Virus record (IMG/VR): IMGVR_UViG_3300030099_005986
Location: 1 to 24,802 of that record
Length of the DNA: 24,802 nt
Source of the DNA: a virus
Taxonomy: Duplodnaviria > Caudoviricetes
Strand: one strand, 5' to 3'
Shown here: one piece after another, positions 21,401 through 24,802 of the stretch
Numbering within the stretch: the stretch's first letter is position 1
Layout of the letters: each line of letters opens with the position of its first letter
Notes under the pieces: model-generated
Told to the model about the DNA's origin: nothing
The model's database searches: none
The model's input: only the letters and a program-made list of their open reading frames with translations
Position numbers and translations under genes: made by a program

Positions 21401-22857
21401 CAGATGTGCAGGGTGAAGCGTTTAGTGGAACATTGGTTCATTATGGTGTTGGAAATAATACTAGAACCGTTGCTACTAATGTAACTGTAAAAACAACTGC
21501 TGGTGCATCATCACAAAATGGAACATTGTTCTCTGGAAATAAGATGCAAATTACACAATATAATCATGCACATCACTCAGGTATTAACAAAGTTAGAATT
21601 AAAGGAGTTAAACCAGATACAATAGTTACACAAACAACACAAGCGATTACAGCTGATGCAACTGTTGTTTCTGTTGCTGATACTACTCCATTTGCATCAT
21701 TTAATGGTATAACAACATTTACAGGTGAAGCGTTGATAGGAGATGAAGTAGTTACCTATACATTAGGAACTGGTTCATTAACATTAGTTAGAGCACGATT
21801 AGGAACTAATGCATTCCCTCATCCACAGGGAACAAATATACAAACTTATGAAAATGGTGGTATGTCATTAGTCGGTATCAATACAACATTTACAGTTTCA
21901 TCAGATCCTGTAGAACTTGACACATACTTTGTTGAAGTTGATAGATCGTTATTTACTGATCCACAAAGAAATTTAACTTCAGGTGTTCAGCAAATTTCGT
22001 TCACTAACGAAAAAGCATTTGGTGGTAATGATATTCAAATATCACAAAATCATCAATTTAGCACCTTATCACCACAATTTAATTGTATTACACCTGGTAA
22101 AACAACAAGGGTCAATGCTTCCGTAAGAACTATAAGTGGAACAAGTTCTGGTGGTGATGAAGTATCATTCATAGATCAAGGTTTTGAACCTACAATCTTA
22201 AATGAAACAACATTTTTCCCAACTCCAAGATTAGTTGCATCTAAAATAAATGAAGATGCAAGATTAGATGATCTTCCTAAGAAAAAATCATTAACTCTTG
22301 CTGTCGATATGAGCACTGATGATCCTAATTTATCTCCAGCTCTTGATGTTAAAAACGCTATATTTATTCTTGGTAGAAATAAAATTAACAAACCTATAAG
22401 TGATTATTCAACTGATAGTCGCACTCGACAACTTAAAAATGACCCGCATGGATCTGTTTTTGTATCAAATACAATTAGATTAAATCAACCTGCAACTTCA
22501 CTTAAAGTTTTAGTTGGTGCGAGTGTAGAACCTGACGCTGATTTCAGAGTATTTTATCGATTATTCAGTAATGACTCTAGTGAAATATCACAAACATATA
22601 GAGCATTTCCTGGTTTCAATAATATGAAAGATACCGATGGAGATGGTTTCGGTGATGAAATTATTGATTTAGGTCTTAATGATGGTAGTGCTGATGCTTT
22701 CGTTTCACCAAATAGATTGAATGAGTTTTCTGAATATCAATTCTCAGTGGATAATTTGGAGCAATTTGAGGCATTTGTAATTAAAATTGTAATGAGTTCA
22801 ACTAATGAATCACAACCTGTGAAATTAAAAGACTTTAGAGCAATCGCATTAGCATAA
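15454..22857 (+). CDS. vrlC: VrlC/DUF4815-like large virion structural protein (2467 aa)
   Basis: N-terminal PYYDDFD..KNFYKILFRPG.PVQARELT.LQSILQNQ plus APGADR, RTFDESGNY, PGKAYVRG, YLPRIDKL, RRFTMRDI..LEKRI.NLE and DPLAQSF motifs. Ends in the typical KDFRAIALA. Usual position after gp8 in cyanomyoviruses. Confidence 0.8.
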   Translation: MPQKTNLNINPYYDDFDRDKNFYKILFRPGNPVQARELTGLQSILQNQVESFGKHIFKEGSMVIPGGIEYDPSYFSLKINSAHLGIDVSVYLNEIIANNNGKGTRVRGQSSGIVATIKNFILPPAEGVDEITIFIKYNQSGTNSESVAFPNGEVLILEESLTYGNTTLNVNETILTLVSEQAAATGSAFGVSKGVYFMRGVFVDVPTSLIVLEPYSNTPSYRIGFEIIEEVINASDDDSLYDNAKGFTNFAAPGADRFRIRVNLAKKSLQDNNDTNFVELFRVRDGETKKLQDTTVYSEIKKYFAARTFDESGNYAVEPFRVNTQNSLNDEISSRGLYTSDQLTDKGNTPSDNLMCVKLSPGKAYVRGFDVYLPGTTVLDVEKPRDIKQIGASSISFSMGSLLKVNNVFGSPYISLGGSNNNTIDLYNQKGNQGGVEVHRGIKIGQARVYSYGVSDAPYSGDSTEFDLHLYDVQTFTTLNVTKDTQISIGSRVRGLRSGATGFVFEKPNSFEISLTETTGTFIEGEQLIIDESPSTSPTSIKNIHAYTIDDIKSVYQTKKITSLSSNFSADSVLYDRVLPNFSLTDNLSVLGGSGNLNTATVANRRFSGKVGIKTDTIIAYIHGTFADPVYNRVSSISGDGQTIGLSTTPTVAGVNNGTVLSAGISTNSTFRIKVPRITNLGDTGLFTKLPKKNISQINTSNSNLIISRQLPNQVINNDGGTPALGNITLTSQAGIAATTGITSAFFEPFDAEKYSIHYSDGTTEPLTSDQVELTNGNNDIVFSGLSKNSGNATVNVTLKKIGITSKPKLFKRSQQLEITRSTGISTATSDLLLDFRYGLRVEDEEISLNTPDVVNIVAIYESKNKNTPVLDVLTFVSGLSLDTNAIVGEKIKGQDSRAVGQIVSRTTNTISFVYLNANKFIIGEQVKFEESSIQSILQNVTSGNYVDRTTNYTLDKGHTLQYCNFSKIVRKQNSPIPSKKLLIIFDKYEVTAGASGDVFSVNSYTSDRFSKDIPQIGRNRASDVIDFRPRVQDYDASTATGSPFAFNNRLFTTENSFIITPNESSLLGFDFYLPRIDKLVINRFEEVKLIKGESAEQPSPPTELGDSMEIAEINLPPYLYNTDTQPSIKMRDNRRFTMRDIAALEKRIINLETVTTLNALELDTKTLQVRDSAGLDRFKTGFAVNNFKDRRFIDFNPEGGSKCDVDTFHRELISAVDFWSMRAEIALNPAIDVATSDLNANLQLLDTNCQKTGDVITLAYDEVDWIDQPQATNVENVNPFNVLVFMGNITMDPPSDNWARTIYIDNKRVESTGARWVEQTNLVSRTTTTDVDFQQTEDFNITTTTRTTRTERSFTNVLEGPSKEFDFIEDVKVTAEADPYMRSRNVYFASNGLKPFTKHFSYMDNGAIDIIPKIVEISMTAGSFIIFENAKILLNGDQIGYIRIQRPNQKYGDTTRPDIGAGLGSPAVTVEEYQVDPYDRSRPAPSTTYSATSQLLNIDVRGLGTLEEYFGYVVKGAQIVGETSGAIATVTNVDLISDNWGDVVGAFFFRDPNTTPEPPRVFRSGTMTFRVTAAAEGVIPVPGQTAFASESQGTFTGTGTIVTQNTSTVALRVPPPPAARPNEVTIQVNTTRREDERFRESGHHDPLAQSFRCDETGAFLTSFDVFFASKDPQAKLFVQIRSVELGTPTNFIVQDYGEVILNPSQINVSDDASVPTTIRFRSPIYLEPGKEYALVFLAPSSDKYEMWTATMGEKTVGTTTLPDVENVVVSKQYIGGSLFKSQNGTIWTASQYQDLKFKLRKASFVRSGTATFYNTPIEAGNLNTQLIPNNALRSLPRKLKVQIEGSGTRTNAVFPIGRKVSTGSVAGGDDNNITGFVEGQGAPIDTNGSTGFDIVAGGTGYSFTNTNNIPLKSESGSGENAQCSVTVTNGVITSISNLTVGIGYQVGEVLTIDNSDVKVKGGQGFKLVVTAINTTFDTLFLTDVQGEAFSGTLVHYGVGNNTRTVATNVTVKTTAGASSQNGTLFSGNKMQITQYNHAHHSGINKVRIKGVKPDTIVTQTTQAITADATVVSVADTTPFASFNGITTFTGEALIGDEVVTYTLGTGSLTLVRARLGTNAFPHPQGTNIQTYENGGMSLVGINTTFTVSSDPVELDTYFVEVDRSLFTDPQRNLTSGVQQISFTNEKAFGGNDIQISQNHQFSTLSPQFNCITPGKTTRVNASVRTISGTSSGGDEVSFIDQGFEPTILNETTFFPTPRLVASKINEDARLDDLPKKKSLTLAVDMSTDDPNLSPALDVKNAIFILGRNKINKPISDYSTDSRTRQLKNDPHGSVFVSNTIRLNQPATSLKVLVGASVEPDADFRVFYRLFSNDSSEISQTYRAFPGFNNMKDTDGDGFGDEIIDLGLNDGSADAFVSPNRLNEFSEYQFSVDNLEQFEAFVIKIVMSSTNESQPVKLKDFRAIALA

Positions 22858-23405
22858 TGAAAACATTTAAAGAATTTAATATTCAATCAAGAGAATCTCT
22901 CACTGAAGCACTTCCAGCATTAGCAGTGCCTCCGATAGTAGCAGGTATTGGGAAAGGCGTAGGAGTGGCATTAACAGCTGATGCCTTACGAAGAAGTGCT
23001 CAGAATTTAGGTAAAGGAAAGTATAAGCAAGCAGCTTTTGATGCTTTTAGTGCAATACCTGCAGGTAGAGTTGCTAAAGTTGCAAAGTTCTTAGGTGCTG
23101 GTAAAAAAATACAAAATGTTACTAAGTTTGGACAGGCAGTGAATAGACATTATTTGGATAGTGCATTTAACAAATCACTTAGTAAATTATATGATCCTAA
23201 AACATATGTCGATGCAACAAAAAAAGTATCTCCATATGTTAAAAAGGGAATTGATGTTACTAAAAAAGGAATTGATGCTACTAAACAAACAACATCTAAA
23301 ATAATTAATAAAACTAAAAAAACAGTTAAACCATTATTGAAAAAAGATAATCTGAAAACAGGAGTTAAAATCCTTAGAAAGATTGCAACTAAGGGAAGGA
23401 GATAA
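22857..23405 (+). CDS. Basic protein with capsid-targeting-like N-terminus, putative internal head protein (182 aa)
   Basis: ATG overlaps the upstream stop (TAATG). Begins MKTFKEF...SLTE|A like T4 IPI. Lys-rich body. Confidence 0.7.
   Translation: MKTFKEFNIQSRESLTEALPALAVPPIVAGIGKGVGVALTADALRRSAQNLGKGKYKQAAFDAFSAIPAGRVAKVAKFLGAGKKIQNVTKFGQAVNRHYLDSAFNKSLSKLYDPKTYVDATKKVSPYVKKGIDVTKKGIDATKQTTSKIINKTKKTVKPLLKKDNLKTGVKILRKIATKGRR
23241..23282 (+). repeat. Tandem 21-nt duplication encoding KKGIDVT / KKGIDAT
   Basis: AAAAAGGGAATTGATGTTACT followed by AAAAAAGGAATTGATGCTACT, 19/21 identical. Confidence 0.85.
23396..23401 (+). promoter_or_regulatory. Shine-Dalgarno site for the 23407 start
   Basis: AAGGAG 5 nt upstream of ATG 23407. 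Confidence 0.65.
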
Positions 23406-23406
23406 G

Positions 23407-23826
23407 ATGAAAACATTTAACCAATTTCAAGAAAATGTAGCAACAGCTGTCAAGGGAGGAAGTAAACTTGTTCCTACCTTGATGACTGGAATTGGTGCTG
23501 CTGGAATGATAATGCAATCAAAGAAAAGAAAAGTGCCAAAGGATAGTGAGGGAATGCCTGATGAATTAGCAAAATTAGGTAGAAAGGCAAAGGTAACTTT
23601 AAAAAAAGGAATGAGGGATTTTAAAAAAGGTCTCGCTGCAGGTCAACAAGTTCCTAAACAGGGAGCAAAAGGAAGATTTAGTAATCCAAATGCTAAACTT
23701 GTTAGAGATATGATGAAGGAAAAGGCAAAAAAAGGTGATAGTTACGCTAAAAGGTTTATACAACAGATAAAAGATAAGAGAGCAAAGAATAATGAGATAG
23801 ATAGAAAACTTAAACCAAAAGATTAA
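23407..23826 (+). CDS. Second basic protein with capsid-targeting-like N-terminus, putative internal head protein (139 aa)
   Basis: Start revised from 23383 (TTG) to ATG 23407, which has a good SD, sits 1 nt after the upstream stop and gives MKTFNQFQE, parallel to the upstream gene. Confidence 0.7.
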   Translation: MKTFNQFQENVATAVKGGSKLVPTLMTGIGAAGMIMQSKKRKVPKDSEGMPDELAKLGRKAKVTLKKGMRDFKKGLAAGQQVPKQGAKGRFSNPNAKLVRDMMKEKAKKGDSYAKRFIQQIKDKRAKNNEIDRKLKPKD

Positions 23827-24038
23827 TGTCTAAAATGATCCCAGTTGAAGGTCATAAGAACCTTTTTAGAGATGAAGAATCAAATGCGATTCTTAATACA
23901 GATGACGTTGCTTATCGTAATTATATTGCTTTAAGGGAAAAAAATAATGATAAGCAAACAGAAATGGATAGAATGAGAAAAGAACTTGATGAACTCAAAT
24001 CTCTTCTAAATGACCTCGCCTCAAAGATAACGTCTTAG
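23826..24038 (+). CDS. Small hypothetical protein with C-terminal coiled coil (70 aa), of a type recalled downstream of VrlC-like genes in T4-like cyanophages
   Basis: TAATG overlap. IPVEGHKNLFRD..SNAILNTD motif, then a heptad pattern MDRMRKELDELKSLLNDL. Confidence 0.7.
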   Translation: MSKMIPVEGHKNLFRDEESNAILNTDDVAYRNYIALREKNNDKQTEMDRMRKELDELKSLLNDLASKITS

Positions 24039-24042
24039 TAAA

Positions 24043-24050
24043 TATAAATA
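24043..24050 (+). promoter_or_regulatory. T4-type late promoter for the fibre genes
   Basis: Perfect TATAAATA in the intergenic gap, 28 nt before ATG 24079. Confidence 0.85.
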
Positions 24051-24078
24051 CTTTCAGATCTGAATTGCTTTTCAATAG

Positions 24079-24309
24079 ATGGCAGATATAAAAGTCAGAG
24101 TTGGACAACAAAATGCCACAAGGGTGATTTCATCTCTGGCAGGTGCCCAAACTCTATCATTAACAGAATTAAGTGATGTGAATGTTACTGGAACCCTACA
24201 AAATGGTATGGTTCTTGTTTTTAATGGAACTACTAATAAATTTGATGCAACCTTAGAACTAACGCCAGGTGCAGCACAGAATTTAGACATCAACGGAGGA
24301 AATTTCTGA
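24079..24309 (+). CDS. Small fibre-associated structural protein (76 aa)
   Basis: LTELSDVNV....QNGMVLVFN...KF is a common phage fibre repeat unit. Ends in a DINGGNF (IDGGxF-like) motif. Directly after a late promoter. Confidence 0.65.
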   Translation: MADIKVRVGQQNATRVISSLAGAQTLSLTELSDVNVTGTLQNGMVLVFNGTTNKFDATLELTPGAAQNLDINGGNF

Positions 24310-24310
24310 A

Positions 24311-24802
24311 ATGGCTAGTATAATTAGAATCAAACGATCATCGGGTACAGCCAAACCTGCTAGTTTGAATTGGGGTGAAATGGCATACGTGACTGGTGTT
24401 GGCCAGTTCGGTGGCGTTAATCAATACAAAGATAGAGTATTTTTAGGAGACGATGGTACTAACGTCAATCCGATAGCAGGACATTACTATACTTCAATGA
24501 TGGAGCACTCACCTGGTGCAGTAGCAGGTGTGACAAACTCTAGGAATAGTGATGGTGGTATTATAGCGATACTTGATAATAATAGAAAGATAGATCTTTG
24601 GAATGTAGATAACTTAACTTTAGACGCAAATACCTTATCTTCATCAAATACTAACGGTGATATAATCCTCAATCCAAATGGTTCTGGTGAGGTAATGATA
24701 CCTGACGATACCTTTTTAGGATTTGGTGGAGGTGCAAACGGTACAGATTCCTCTAATGCAACTATAGAATATGATGAGAACGGAACAGATGAATTAAAAT
24801 TT
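24311..24802 (+). CDS. Tail fibre-like protein, N-terminal part (3' truncated, absent from the ORF track)
   Basis: ATG 24311 with GGAGG at 24295-24299. Open to the window end: MASIIRIKRSSGTAKPASLNWGEMAYVTG...VDNLTLDANTLSSSNTNGDIILNPNGSGEV...IEYDENGTDELKF. IRIKRS...P..L..GE.AY is a common fibre N-terminal anchor motif and NGDIILNPNGSG.V is a fibre shaft repeat. Confidence 0.8.
   Translation, partial: MASIIRIKRSSGTAKPASLNWGEMAYVTGVGQFGGVNQYKDRVFLGDDGTNVNPIAGHYYTSMMEHSPGAVAGVTNSRNSDGGIIAILDNNRKIDLWNVDNLTLDANTLSSSNTNGDIILNPNGSGEVMIPDDTFLGFGGGANGTDSSNATIEYDENGTDELKF

Noticed and set aside
15454-22857. Intein or homing endonuclease explaining the large size of the VrlC-like protein or gp7
   Set aside because: I saw no Hint-type splice motifs or LAGLIDADG/HNH signatures. 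Size is explained by structural repeats.
15454-22857. Reading VrlC as a bacterial virulence locus
   Set aside because: The name is historical. The gp6-gp7-gp8 context and late promoters indicate a phage structural protein.
23383-23406. TTG start at 23383 for the second basic protein
   Set aside because: It overlaps the upstream gene, while ATG 23407 has a well-spaced AAGGAG and yields the MKTF leader.
24053-24064. 12-bp palindrome TTCAGATCTGAA just after the late promoter
   Set aside because: It has no loop, so it is not a terminator hairpin. Several such palindromes are expected by chance in 25 kb of AT-rich DNA, and I saw no second copy at the other promoters.
24295-24313. Possible prfB-like +1 frameshift fusing the 76-aa ORF to the fibre (GGA GGA AAT TTC TGA A)
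   Set aside because: The SD-to-stop spacing resembles prfB and the +1 frame is open, but tRNA-Phe would have to re-pair on TCT with a middle-position mismatch. Ordinary reinitiation at ATG 24311 explains the layout.
132-24672. Short minus-strand and alternate-frame ORFs (132, 5142, 8445, 9644, 12891, 16694, 19875, 22176, 23150, 24072, 24487)
   Set aside because: All lie essentially within longer, motif-supported plus-strand genes, have no recognisable motifs and look like shadow ORFs.
637-24802. Diversity-generating retroelement, CRISPR array, tRNA or IS element
   Set aside because: No reverse transcriptase, no template/variable repeat pair noticed and no spaced direct repeats. Intergenic gaps are 40 nt or less.

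Overview
AT-rich, all plus-strand virion-structure region of a marine T4-like myovirus (cyanomyovirus-type gene order). It holds the 3' end of baseplate wedge gp6, a giant 4390-aa gp7-like wedge initiator built from repeated and nested modules, gp8, a 2467-aa VrlC/DUF4815-like structural protein, two small basic proteins, a 70-aa coiled-coil protein, a 76-aa fibre-like protein and the 5' end of a tail-fibre gene. T4 late-promoter boxes (ATAAATA) precede four of the genes. The most interesting element is the tandem pair at 22857-23826. Both proteins start with a T4 internal-protein-type capsid targeting sequence (MKTFKEF / MKTFNQF) and a predicted prohead-protease cut, followed by a Gly-rich hydrophobic helix and a very basic body. 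The first has no glutamate after the predicted cut. They look like a cassette of head-packaged proteins injected into the host. All family assignments come from motif recognition by eye, not from database searches.
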